Origin: Basidiobolus meristosporus CBS 931.73
Taxonomy: Eukaryota; Fungi; Basidiobolomycota
Reading direction: 5' to 3'
Length of the DNA: 64,000 nucleotides
Assembly (NCBI GenBank): GCA_002104905.1
Contig: MCFE01000080.1
Location: 116,152-180,151 of the forward strand
The position numbers and the translations under genes were made by a program. How positions within the stretch are numbered: position 1 is the stretch's first letter; every line of letters starts with the position of its first letter. The notes under the pieces are model-generated. The model worked only from the letters and a program-made list of their open reading frames with translations. It was not told where the DNA came from and made no database searches. Positions 26,561 through 40,416 of this stretch are shown in pieces.

Positions 26561-27698
26561 TGTTGACTAAAGCTGGCTGAAGCGGGGATGAGGAAGGCGA
26601 ATGTATTTGCAGTGGAGTTCTTGCAGTTGGAATGAACGAGCTCAGATGATCCGCCACTAACAAGTAGGCGAAGAGTGGCAATAGGAACAACACTTGTTTG
26701 TATTTTATACGATGCATGATGGGGGTATTGGGCCCCAGGCATTGTTTCATTTTGCAGCATTCAAATTGGTAAGATTTGGTTGTCTAATGGTAAGCAGGAG
26801 TGAGCTGTCCACTAACCATCAGAAAATCGCTCGCACCAGGTTGCCTGTTTCGGAATAAAGGAGTAAAAACCACTATGTGAACAGAATTCAGGAGGTGCCT
26901 TGAAGGCTGATACAATACATGCCATTAGTCACTCGATGCTGTGCCGCGTACTGGTAGATGGATCACACCTGAATCCCCACCGTTTGCCTGAAATGTATGA
27001 TCTAGTGGCTTAGCAGGGTTAAGTCTGTGGATTGTTGAATCCTGGACAATTCATTGAAATCTATGCGATATCATTGGATCAGACATGTAACCTAAGTCAT
27101 CAGCCTCCATATTTGTAGAGATAAGTATGAATTCTCAGTGAAACATGGATCATGTAATGATGTCCCATTGAGACCAAGGTATGCTCAGGCTCTAAGTTCC
27201 AGTTTAAAGGGTTGTGGAGAATATGGATTAGCATCATGGCATCTGCGATGCGAGCCAACAAACCCGAACTCCAATCTGACCTTCAGTATTAGACGGGTCA
27301 CATGCTAATCCATGGCCCTAGAGCAACCCCCACCCCCATCATACATCTCGCCTTGGAGAGCATTCACTGAGCGCATAATAAACGCAAGTACTTCATGAAA
27401 GCGCAGCTAGACGAAAAATTTATTTCCAAAGATTCCAAAATGGTTGTTGAGATCACATACACACACGGATGGCGCTCGCCCGCCAATGATCAAAGATTAC
27501 TAGTTGAAAAGGGGCAGATTGTAGCCTTGAAACTGCTACTGCGATGCTTGTGTTGGCGACAAAAAATGAGAATGAAAGTTTTGGCTAAACCAAACCAAAA
27601 TTTTAGCTGATATGAATAAGATATCTGGACGTTCAAAAATGTAACTGAACGAGTCAAGGTACGAAATTAAGTGTCGTTCATCTAGACTACTATTAAAT

Positions 27699-28908
27699 CT
27701 ACTTCCGAGAATCCAACTCTGATGGGGATGAGGGTTTTGAGGGTGGTGGCTGTTGAGCTGAAGTCAAGGAATATGTTGGAGAGAGAGGCGGAGAACCAGT
27801 CTCAGCATGGATCACTTCCACATCATTCGTAGTCCCCCAACTTGGTTTACGCAAAAGTCGCCGGTACGTTTCTGCAATCAATTGCGCATCATTTGCAGTG
27901 AGTCGGAGAGAACTTGGGCGTCGATACTCTAGCCCACTTTCAGGAGGTGGGCCATCGTTGCGAATCTCATCCTTGCTTGTCCCAGGATGCGTAGGCCCTT
28001 GAGAGTTACGACGGCGGAAATAGATTAGGGCAGTAGTACAGTTAAGGAATTTCTGTGTAGATTAATAGAGTTGCAACAAATTTTCTGAAAAAAGGATATA
28101 TCCCTGCCGCCGCGAACACCGATACACATCCCACAGAAATCCCAGCTATAGCACCAGATGTCAGCCCAGTGGATCTCTGTCCTGAGTTGCTTAGGTTATT
28201 AGAAGTGTCGATGGGTATAGGAAGATCTGGCGTTCTAGTTGCCATGACATCTGTTGAGCTTGGTACGCTGATAGTAGTAGAAACAGAGTCCAAACTACTA
28301 TTAGACGAGGGAGGATCTTAAGAAACATTTAGCCCATTGTTCAAAGAGTAAAGGTCTAATGATTGGCTATGACTAATACCTTGAATGAAAAAGTAGGGTC
28401 CGTTTGGCTTGTTGACGATATCATCACCAGCAACGGTGACCAAAAAGCAATACATTCTGCTAGCTGTGGAGTTCTTCGGACGATTAGGTACGGGGGCGAA
28501 AATGGGTGGCTGTAAATTAGGGTCTAGGAAGAGATTCATGTAACCATTACCATTGGTAACGTTTAACTGTTCTAGCACGGGCTTTCGCATGTCGGTTACA
28601 TCATACAAGCGAATGTCCACAGCACCCTGGACCACAAAGGTAGGATATTCAGAGTTCCATCGAACTACTCCAACAGTTGACATCACCCATGTATCATTTA
28701 GCTTGGGTAGGCAGTATATCTCAGGTCCACAGACTGTAACATCTATTTATAGAGCAATTAGTGCTAATTTCTGGTGAGGGAAGCTACAAGGCCTACCTGC
28801 TCGTCGATCTAGTCGAGTGTTTGAAAAAGAGATACTTTGGCTTGACCTCAGATATAACAATATAACAATGTAGAATATATGACTATATATTGAAGTATTT
28901 ATGCGCAT
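27699..28908 (-). CDS. Type I single-pass membrane protein (signal peptide, extracellular domain, Ser/Thr-rich linker, TM, cytosolic tail), multi-exon
   Basis: MRINTSIYSHIFYIVILLYL...DRRA|DVTVCGPEIYCLPKLNDTW..VRWNSEYP; TM GAIAGISVGCVSVFAAAGIY; tail DAQLIAETYRRLLRKPSW. Confidence 0.7.
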
Positions 28909-31900
28909 TGTATCAAAGGAATGAATGGAGGTGGAGGCAAGAAGCTGTTAAATCACTTCCTTTCTAGTCAAACCGGCTTTAATATCGAACTCAGTTTGGC
29001 TATTGGGATAGCGACATGTAGAGGAGTGAAGTATAAGAGCCAAGAGGAATCAGCCAAATACCAAATTAGAGGATAACCCAACTGATAAACGTTAACTTTA
29101 ACTTGTCAAGATAAACACTGGAGATATTGGCTCTCGGGATGAGGTACAAAATCCTTCGAACCACATTCCTAGATGTGCATATATTATAAATTCCTCCAAT
29201 TGTAGTCCAGCCAATGAAATATGCTCATTTCCTAACAAGTACAAAGCCGGTATTGTATATTGGAATAAGAAGGCATTTAATCGAATATGGTATCACTACA
29301 TGCTTCATTCCAAATCCAATTGATATGGGAACGCTCAGTTATTTCTAATTCTATTGTGCAGGAAGTCAACATTCGATCCCTTAAACCAACTCGCATCAAA
29401 TACGCAGAAAACCATTCATCCTTTTGTGGAATTTACTTCTACAATGGAGGTATGCATCGTTCAAACACTAGCATTTTGCTGTATTATCATACATGTACTG
29501 AAGGAACATTTGTGAATGTATTCATGGCTCAATGGCTGCTAAACACTGCTAAGCCGTTCAGCTCAATAAGAGGTGTACTATTCCGCAAAAAGTGTGATAA
29601 TCAGATTGATTTTCACACACCAGTGCCAACTAACATTTCGATTCGTCTACTCAGGATTCTCTGCAGCCCACGTAGTACAGGGACGTTCAATCTGTATAGA
29701 ATTACTTTTAATTGCCAGATTAATGGAATCTAGAATCTAAGTAAAACTCATCATTTTCAAGTCCAAAGATGTACAGATTGGTTTATTTATGAGCAGCAGA
29801 CAGCAGTCAACGAAAGGACACCATATGGGAGTGAGGTAGGAGATGTGCTATTAAAAAGGATTTTCTCGTACTTGGACCTTAACTGGCACCAGCATAAACA
29901 GGGATGGATTTTCGATATTGCTACCTCTAGCTTTCAGCTTCATTATCTATCGCCTGACTACCTTTGTTTTGATGGTCACACTGGTAGAATTCACCCCGAG
30001 TCTTTTGAGGGATACAGTTGAGTAGTTTTTTGAAGTTACGAAGAAGTGACTAAGCGTGATCGTCTTCTTGGCTGAATGCTTACTCACAACAACAATCTTC
30101 GTAGCAGCTGCATCGCTTCCGATAGCATACTCGGTGTACAGCTGGTTTGACACATCACCACGATATTGTGAGCCATGCCATCAGCGATGCTGGACTTCAT
30201 GAGTGGGGAGCGGGAAGGCAAAATATCTATGGCAGGGTAAATTTGGTAATGGTGAAGTTGACTGTCAACATGAATTTGTCCTTAGGTAAATTAGCCGGTC
30301 GGGGGAAAGGAAGTATCATATCATCGTACATGTACCTGGATAACCACGACGACCCGGAACTTTTTTGGCAGCCGAGACCTTAAGCAAAGCATCACACGAT
30401 GGCGCATCGGTCAAGTTAACCAGAGCATGTTTCCCGAGTTCATAAGCGTAAGTCAGAGCCAACCTTGGAGCAGTAGTACGTTCGATAGTAAGATCGATGA
30501 CGAGTTGGAGAAACAGAATAACGCGCTCAAATGAAGAACCCGACTACTTCTATGTTAAACACAATAGTGAAATTATCATGAACATCCTTGGTAGGGGTTT
30601 TAACGATTCCCGCTTGTCTTCACTATAAGGTATAAGCGCGTGAATTAGGGTTGACAGGAGACCCATGGACAATTATAAATGAATAGTAAAAATAATTGGA
30701 ACTATAAGCACGTCTAGTAGCTTATCCTCAGTATCCATTTGCTGAAATCGTCGAGTTCCTTCCTCTTGAGCGTTCTGGATAGGTACTACAAGTACAAATA
30801 ACGCAAAACAGAACAGGTCACTACATTCGTATTATCAGCAATGGATAATGGACAGTGAACACCAGCAATTGTTCGGTAATCTACAAAGTGCATTAGACTC
30901 ATACAGCATTAAGGATATGGCTGGAGAACAGAGACACCATCAACTGAATCTGGATACAATGAGCCTGGTCACTGCCACAGCATCTCATTGATTCTAGAAT
31001 TCGTCTTCGATCGATTACAGGCAATTGTTAGAGCTTATCAGATCAAGAGAACCAAGGGGAGTCGAAGTATCGATGGAGAGGTTGCGACTAGTAACCAGAG
31101 CGGCTGAGCAAATCCAATTTTCACTAGTGATTATTTAACCTATGACTACCAAGATACAATCTGCTATCACCCACGATGTCAAAAAGAACGTCTACTAAGC
31201 GTTGGCTCCCATGCAGGCTCTATTTTTTCAGTATGGAAACGAGAATATGTATCATAATGGGTGCATTGCTAACCTAACAATCATTGTCTGTGGTGTATGA
31301 TGAGGAGATTCTACCTTATCATGTGCTGGGTAAGCCTCCGAATTTTGGGAATTTGGCTGACTTCTTTGATCGTAGTACTAGGTTTGAAGATTTTGAGGGT
31401 TGAATTGAACATTGCTTGGTAAGGTTTCACTCTGCTAAATTGATATTTAATATGGTAACGCAACTAATAAGCATCACTCGACATCGTATGCATTTAGAGA
31501 GGCCCAGGCCCAGTAGCAAGTGTTATCCCTGTTACAAGCCAAGCATTCATGCCTGATTTCCAGCTCGACCATTGACCAAGGGCATGTGCCAATTACAATC
31601 CACTAGCCTCGATAGGGAAAATACTATATGCTTGTGTTGCTACACGTCTACAAAGTTCGTTGACCAGAGCTGACTCCAAGTATACAAAAGACCCGAAGTT
31701 GGTTTAGGGTAAAACAATGGCACTCCTACGTAGCAGATTGCCTGGAGTCGAAGCGCATAAAACAAGCGTAAGCATATGCCGCGTGGACATTAAATTCCGC
31801 GCATCGGCAAATGAAAAAGGCTTAGTCCCTTCACATGCAGACATCTAATAGTCTTTGGAACGGGGGATGCAGCTTACCAATATCCAGCGAAAAGGAGCTG

Positions 31901-34176
31901 AAGGGATTGCGCTTTGGTCATCATCCATACAGAGCGAACTGATGATGGTGGAGTCTGTGATGAGTGCTAGTCATATTCGAACACCCGGTGTGAAACCACT
32001 CCATGGTGTCTGATGCTTAATCACGATATCAGTAGCCGTCTACGATGACCCTAGTCAATGCGAAAATGAGAGACCACATCCATACTCTTGGTTGGTGATG
32101 TTTTTTCAGCATTCTAATCAATCCATCGTATGAATCATGAAACTCGTGAAATAGCCTTTGGATCATAGATTCCATCGATTCCATCGATTCCTTGAATTTT
32201 CTTGATTTTGTAGGTTATTTGCGGTTATGCAGCGAATAGCCCAACTTTGCGGTCTCGAAGACAGCACGGTTTTTGGAGTGCGAGTCCAAGTGGATCATTC
32301 GCATATCCGGATTTAAAGTCACGAAAATGGTCATTTAATATAAATTGGACAAAACAGCCCCGAGACGTCTCAGCGGTTACTGGGGTGCTTCCAATTGGTG
32401 TTCTAGATATGCTGGATTACGGGACGCTCCAAGGAACTGCTTATTAATGGAGCCATTCAGAGCTTGGATATGATCCACCGCTGTGGAGTGGTTTGATTTT
32501 GGTAAGAGCCGGTTTCTTGAGAATTACTTGGGCTCAACTTCCGGACCCTGCATTGTGAAACTGGATGTCTTACCAAGTGTCAATGCCAAGTGGCCCTCAG
32601 ATCTTCAAGCGCGTGGCTGGGTGCGATAGCCCACTGGAGTGGAGCAGTAGGCTACATGATGGCTACACACAGACTCCCCACCTCTTGTCCGTACAAGGCA
32701 AGAAGGTCCACCAAGAAATCCCAATTGTGCCAAACATCATCTCCCCAGCTTCCTGATCATTGTCAACGCCAGAGGCCATGATTCCATCGGATATTGGCCG
32801 TCTGCCAGAGTCGCTCAAGATGAAGCCCTCTCAACTAGCCTGCGGTGTTGGGAGTCATCGATGATATTGGTCAAACATCCCAGTGGTCAGTACGCCTTGG
32901 AGATAAAGACTCAGCAAATCAACAATGTCCTAGACCAGATCAATTGACTTTGCCGCATGCCGCTTTCATAGGACCATACTGGCGCTCTGGTCGCCTTTTG
33001 TCAAATCCAGCAGTCATCGCCAATCCGACCCAGATTGCAAACAAACACGGAAAATGTGGATGTGGAAGAAGTTGCAACGGGATTTCTATTCCTGGATTGA
33101 CTTTTACCTTAAAAGGACTGGTCTCAGAAACCTTTAGTATCCAACCAGCTACATGTCAAACTTCGCCTCGATCTAGTTGGTGTCCGATTGCTCTGAACAA
33201 ACAGAGTATCAAATAGCAACCCCTGACGATTCCAACTCGACTTCAATGTTACTGTGATGGAGCATCGCAGTTTCAGCTTGCAAGTGATACTCGATGCTTC
33301 AGCTGGACTATCGCGGCAGGAATGGACAGATATACTGGCTGCCCCATTGAGTACGAACCTTGCCTAGGTGCCAATAGAAACCGCCGTCGAGAGTGCAGTA
33401 TGACTCAGGCCCATGGCATAATCCGGGACTTCAGGAAATTAAATGCGATTCAATGAATCATATCTTACAAAGCCAGCCTTGTGGTGCGTAGAGGGTAACG
33501 ATATCACACCGCCTCTCCAAGATTTTCCTCGTGAAGCAATTGGCGGATCACCAAATCATGCTAGCCACCAAGTCTATCCCAGAATAAGTATACGCCACAG
33601 CGATTTATAGTAGCCACTTGAATTATTCTTCGCTAGACGTTTCATGTCTTTGGCCAAATCATCTGGACTGCTCCTCATTCTTTCATGTGGAGGTCGCCAT
33701 TCGTTGGGAATCCCTCTAATTTAGAATAGAATGGAATATGAATTATCTACCTGCGTGTGGGGATATGCTGCTCCTCGTAGCCATCTCCGGAAAACCCGTT
33801 GCCCTTGGATCTTGATATTTCTGGTGACAGCTGGCAAATCTTCAATGAATCATATCCCAAACAGATGTCTCTTACAGTAATCGTTTATATCATCGAAATG
33901 TTTGCTCGTTTCAAATCATAGGAAATGTGGATTACCACAGACTACGAAAGGGTGGCTGCTCTCCATTCTAAACAGTTCCGGTATATAAAGTGGAGCGGGT
34001 GGCATTGCAAATGAATTGCCATCCTTCGATCTCCATCTGTCCCAGCTCCATTTCCTAGAAAGTTGTACCAATTCTGAATAACATTGCTCTTACTCCACGC
34101 ATCGGTGACAGTGTTGGCTAATTTGAGGGCCTCAGGTACAAGATACAAGTCTACCGAGGGCTGCTATCAGCATACA

Positions 34177-36176
34177 ATGGACTTCAACAAATCAACCAAC
34201 TGCTTTGCAAGAACAGATATCTTCGATCCCGGCAACCGTAATCTTCATTACGAACAAAGCTTGCTTTTTGGAAACAAGTACCAAGCATTCAACCCGGATG
34301 CTCCAGAAGATTTAGATCAAGTCTACAATCAAAATGAATATAATAGATCCAGTGAGCCCTTCAATGCCCCCTCCATATCGGAATCTTTCCCTTTCTCGGG
34401 CCACGATCTTGCAATGCCGAGCATAGAGAACAACATGAATCTCGCGCCACACCCCAGAAACTCCTATTCGCAGCCGGGGCCTGTTAGTATGCAATCCAAC
34501 CATCAAATGCAAAAACTTCCAGTAGCTTTGGCACCCGGCTCTGACTCCAACACGAATCACCAGGAACCAGGTAACCTATCAGTAATCCCTAGAAGATGAT
34601 TTGAGATAGCCAAATTGGGCTAGCATCCAAGCCAAGAATCATCTTCAACCCCTTCAAAAGACAACAACACTCATCCAACTCCTTAGACGATGCAATCTCC
34701 AATGCGTGGAGATTATGGTCCATCGGCCTCCGCCCAGTAGAATCGATGCCGGCCATTGAGGAAAATTGTCTCGGGCCCACGGATTCGTACATGATGGGCA
34801 ACCAGGCGAAGAAACTGAACGTCAATCATATGATGCCTATGGACTCGGACGTGAAGATGGGAAGAAGCGCCAATACAGCGATTGAAAGCAGCACCCAAAG
34901 CCCCACTGTAGTTGTACCCGATATTAATCCTAATAGTCTTCTTGTACCTGACATAGCTCACACGAGTATGTACAATGAGGGATACCCGTTTAGCCCGCCC
35001 ACAAACTGCTCAGCTAAAATAGATGGATACGAACCTACTAGAAACTTCCCGCCTCAGGTTTCTTATTTCCCCAAAGGGAAGCCTACTGCTGGCAGCCACA
35101 ATGGAAGATACTCTATCAGTAATGGGACCAACAATTTCCTCAACTACAAATTACCGCCTGGTTCTAATATGCGAGTTGACGAATATCCGTTTGATAACAG
35201 TAGCGCTGTCGGAGGTTCAGCTGATAATGGGTTTGAATCTCACGAGCAAGCAACAAGCAATTATCATCAGGTTTCCATGCGAATGCCGTTCTACCAGGCA
35301 GGTAGCTCCGGCAGCAACCTGTGTGGGCATCAACTACAGCAAGGATCACAGATAACAGACGGGCGCTTCATCACGACCTACACCCCTCCTGCTCCCGTGT
35401 CAACATCCGGTATTGGAAGAAAACGAGCACAAAGCGACTCGGTCACCTACAGTAGCTTTCTGACAAACGACATGCAATCCAACGAAGAGCTATATGATTC
35501 CTGTATTCCAACGCGGAACAAGCGCTTCAGATCCATGGACATGGCTTATCCAAACAACGGCTCAGGCTTCCAAAGATATGCGCCAACCGATAAATACTAC
35601 TCGAAAGGAAAGGAGTACTACGAAGACACCTACTTTGGAATCAGCTTGGATGAATATAGGTATCCAATACCCTGGGGGCCCGCTTTGGATCAGACACTCT
35701 CTATGCCATCCTTTGATCTGGCACCAGCTGATATCGGCAATCCAGACGCCCGTCCGCGTCGGCAGAAGGCGCGGTTTGATGGAGACCTGTACACCCCCCA
35801 GTGGGTGAGGTACAGTGGCCAAACCAAAGAAGGTTTCTGCCAGCACTGTAAACCAGGGAAATGGCTACAGCTAAAAAACAGCGCCTACTGGTAAGTTTGG
35901 AGCACATTTATAGGTTTGTAGCCGGATCATGATGTAATACTCTTCGCTTTCAGGTATCACGTTCAATTTTACCACGGCATATCTGCCACCTCAGGCCATT
36001 ACTATCGCGCCCCTCTCCAAATGAGCACGTTCGAAAACGGGATCAAGGGTGTCTGTCACCAATGCCGCGAAGTGGTAGCTGTCTGCCACGCCAAGAAAAA
36101 AGACATGGCGCTGTGGTTCCGGCACGCGCACAAATGCCACGTTCATCACAAGCCCAAATCCTTGAAAAAACGCTAG
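34177..36176 (+). CDS. DUF4451/Rua1_C-domain protein (putative transcription regulator); 5' structure uncertain
   Basis: Long low-complexity N-terminal region, then PRRQKARFDGDLYTPQWVR..KEGFCQHCKPGKWLQLKNSAYW|YHVQFYHGISATSG..CHQC..WFRHAHKCH; stop at 36176. Confidence 0.8.
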
Positions 36177-38353
36177 TGAGACGCAGACGTTTCGCTCCGC
36201 CAGAATATCATCACCATATCATACGATCCTCATTGTCGACGGAAATATTTATTTAATTCGTATTTTCTTGTCCACTCAACCTCGATCACTTTGTGTGAAT
36301 TCATTCCGTTTCTTGCTTCATATGTGCCCACATGGAATTGCTTCACCCAGCTAAGCGTTAATATTTGGTTCTTCGTTCAGAATAAACACTCGGTATTTGA
36401 AGGGACAGATGAGCTCCATAATATAGACGAATCCAGCTTTTCAAATGATCATCTGAAGTCGATTTATTTGCTCATCTGGGCTGTGAAGATCAGCCCACCA
36501 CAGCTAGTGCCGGCTAAACAATGGTCAGCACCCGATTACATAATCTGCATATGAGGTTAACTAATGAGAGCTGAATTACCTCTTCCTTTCGTAACTATGT
36601 GCCACCAACATGCTGGGCTGAAATAGTACCTCAGAAACATGAGAACGCACCCTGCCGCTTGTAGAGATATCGACACCGAGGTGGAAGAAACAGAGGAGTG
36701 AAATTGCGGGTATTTGCCGAAGAATTGCACAGCAGGACATAACTACCCTGTACAGAAAGAAAGTGACCAGGCCAAGTGGGAGTACCAACACAGCATCAAC
36801 ACCAGCCTAGACCTGAGCAATAGCTTCGAGTAGCACCTTGCTAGTATTTACGTAGCTGCGCTAGTTCCAAAAGAAGCACGACTTCATGACGACGCCCATG
36901 AGGACTCAATAGATGAAGTTACCTTGGACGGCAAGAATGGGCTGCTTGTCATGGTCAGTACGAGACAACCGCGGAGACGTGTGTTGTACCGCACGAAGAT
37001 ACATACAGGTTCAGATTTTCTCTCCACCCAAAACCCCCAAGCCTATTGGGCACCAATTAAAAGCTGCAGCCCAAGCTGCAGTGACACGGAGATCATCCAG
37101 AATATGATGCCGAAGTATGAATCAATGGATAGCCATTGGAATGGTAGATTCTATGAATGAAACATTTCCAACCAACCAGTCCACCAAAACCAGATATCTA
37201 TGTTCTATGTGGTTGTAGATCAACTCGCAAGATCCACGGTTTGCGCACACGAGGGCAGAGAAATCGGAAATAGCCCCGAGCATCATGTACATCCCATTTG
37301 TCAGCTATGATCCATATCTAACCACGACGAGTGGAACAGCAGCTCTAGAAGGGCTTGCTGAGACTAGGCGCCGTGAGCATAGTTGCGGATTCTGACCATC
37401 CCTATCTTTGCCGCACAGTTTGTTGCCATATGGATTGATATTTAGGGTCACACATGAGCTGTGTCCCATGTTGCATCTGAGTTTCTTGTATTCGCCGCCC
37501 ATACATCGATGAATACAAAATAACATGCAATATCGACCGCCCTTATTGCTGAGCACTATTTAAGGATTTGGCTAGAATCGATCATCATTGTAGAGCGTGA
37601 TGAATCGCCTTGCCTCATACTACACCCCGATGCCGGCCAATAATGGGCATCGGTTGGCCGTTGGCTCATCGATTCGATGGTGGTATCAAGGATCACATGA
37701 AATGCAAACTCCAATGGCCGCCATTGAATGTTGGATACCAAAAAGTAAGATTCCGTCAGCAGCAGTGTATCTTCGAACTACTGCTCCCCATCCTTATTCA
37801 ACAATACCGAAGATTGTTTGTATTGATCCAAGTACCTGTTAAGGTGATCGAGGATAAGTATATGGATTCAGTGTGGAACCTGGGACTAATTCAAGGCCCA
37901 TTGTATTTAACCTTGAATGAAAACAATCAATTTTGATCAGAAAATAATAAATTAAATCTCGAAGAACCAAAAACATTCAGCGACTTGCCATGGACAGGGG
38001 GGAGGGGTCGGTGTGGACTATTTGTACGGGTATCTCGTGCACTTTGACACTCCCGCCAAGTTGAGGCCAATATCTGGCCATACGTTATTCTTTCATTCTG
38101 TCTGACCCTTCCACTTAATCTTGCTCTATCGCCCACTACCTTCTCCAGTGAATTCTTGTTATATTTGTACCCGATACCTCCATTAACTTGCAAGCCAGCC
38201 GGTCTTTAGCTTTCCCTCTAACCACATCCTAACACTGAAATCACTTCACATAACATGGAATCGGTCCAAGTATGCTAGCCTTGTTTCCTCTGTCTTGCTT
38301 GTCAGATCTCTAATCCTCACTGCTCCAAGGTTTTTAATAGAACTACCTCCACA

Positions 38354-39879
38354 ATGCAACCGAATATAGTTCCCAACGGGAATACCAGACCCTCTAACGT
38401 AACTATGTTCCCTAGTGGTACAACTCAAATCAAGCGGCCTGACAATACCGCAGACACCCGAGTCTCACGAAGATCCAAACAGGCTCTGGAGGATATAAGC
38501 AATGTGAAGGTACAGCGAAAACTTTTCTTCGGTCTCAGGAGGGTTTTTTTTGTAACCAATGCTTTTCCTTCAGCCGGTGAAAAATAATGTACAAAAGCCA
38601 GAGATCGCCTCAGCGAAGCAAGCCTCACATCCTCAGGTGTCAAATCAACATGAGTTCACCACGGAAAGGACTCGAGCCTCAGACGAGGCCAAGGTGTTAA
38701 CCAGCTCTATGGCCACTTCCACCCCGGGGGAGAATGATTGTTGCACATCGAACGAGAGCACTGACTTTGTAGAATCGAAGGTAGCTAACCCTTCCTACGA
38801 TAAGGCAGAGTCGGATCATTCGGAATATAAACGCCCATCTGTGGAATTTGACGAGTTTATCGATATGAAGTCGGACGAAAACTCTTCTCACATGGACGAA
38901 AGAAGCGTGATTGCCAAGAAGGTCAAAACGGACCCCACTTATCATTGCGTGGAAGAGATGGATAAGAAAGATGTCTCCATGGTATCAGACTATGCAGACG
39001 ATATCTTCGAATACTGGAGAGAACTCGAGGTAGGCATGTTACTCTGTTCTTTTCCCTTGTGACGTTCCTAACGAACATCTGTATTAGCAAAAAATGAAAC
39101 CTAATCCCAATTATATGAGCTGTCAATCAGAGCTCGAATGGCACATGCGAGGCATCCTATTGGACTGGCTGGTTCAAGTTCACGAGCGCTTCGGAATGCT
39201 ACAGGAGACGCTATTTCTAAGCGTCAACTACATCGATAGGTTCCTTTCTTTAAAAGAGGTATCAATTGAGAAACTTCAGCTCGTTGGTACAACTGCACTT
39301 TTCATTGCGGCGAAGTATGAGGAGATCGCTGCACCAACCCTAAATGAGATGATCTACATGGTGGCCGGGACTTACACTTGTGATGAGCTCAAGAAAGCTG
39401 AACGATTCATGATTAATTTGTTGAATTACGAGCTTGGCTTCCCTGGACCACTCAGCTTTTTGAGAAGGATCTCCAAGGCTGATCATTATGACCCACAAGT
39501 GCGAACACTGGCCAAATACCTTATTGAAGTGACTATTATGTATGAATGCTTCATTGAATACACATCCTCTTTGATCGCCGCTGCTGGTTACTACTTATCT
39601 ATGGTCATGCTTGGAAAATCCACTTGGGTAAAGTATCGAGTGCTTAAACATTCTCGGCCATATATCTAATATGAGTATCTCTGTGTGTAGACTTTAGTAC
39701 ATGAGCACTATTCTGGGTTCGACGAAGAAGCGCTTCTACCTTGTGCCCGTGAACTATTAAGCTGTCTCGAAACACCTAGCCAGCATCTGAGTATCTACAA
39801 GAAATACGCGGAAGCGTCGTACATGCATGCATCCACATATGTTAACGAGTATTTGTCCTTGAACAAATACAGCCTATGA
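38354..39879 (+). CDS. B-type (G2/M) cyclin, 4 exons
   Basis: ALEDISN D-box-like motif; MVSDYADDIFEY; cyclin box MRGILLDWLVQVH..ETLFLSVNYIDRFLS..KLQLVGTTALFIAAKYEE; final exon IYKKYA; stop at 39879. Confidence 0.93.
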
Positions 39880-40416
39880 CAGCCGAGTCTTCGATCTTCT
39901 GCTTCCAAGTTTCCAGGAACAATACGATGATTCGACCACAAAAGTATACCATAATTTGCTACGGTGAAGAAGGCCTTCCTGATCAGCTTACACTACCCCA
40001 GTCTCACTATTATTACAAGAATCTCAATTGGTTATATTTGAAGTTGTTCAACTTGACTATTTGTTGCAACCCTGTGATAAAAGCATTCATCCATTTAAAA
40101 TTAGACTAACCAATCTAATGAGTTTTGAATTAGAAGTATTCGCCATTTTTGAATAAAATCTTAATTAATCTGGACACAGCGTGATCACTACTGTCCAATC
40201 ACCACACGAACCGATATGACGAAAGAAACCAGCTTACTGAATAAATATTATTGTTTATATGTAGGTAAATATATAGCTTTCGATGGTGGCGTTTGGTAGA
40301 CGCGGGAGAGTATTGCCAATAAGTTATATAGCGCCTTGATATCGTCTAAACTACTAACTGTTGGGTGCAGGAAGATGGTACACACATCCACCAACCTGGG
40401 TTCTTCTCGGAGTGTC

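Noticed and set aside
38470-38510. Cyclin D-box with K in place of R (KQALEDISN)
   Set aside because: Arg residues lie just upstream, and such variation is common; not distinctive.
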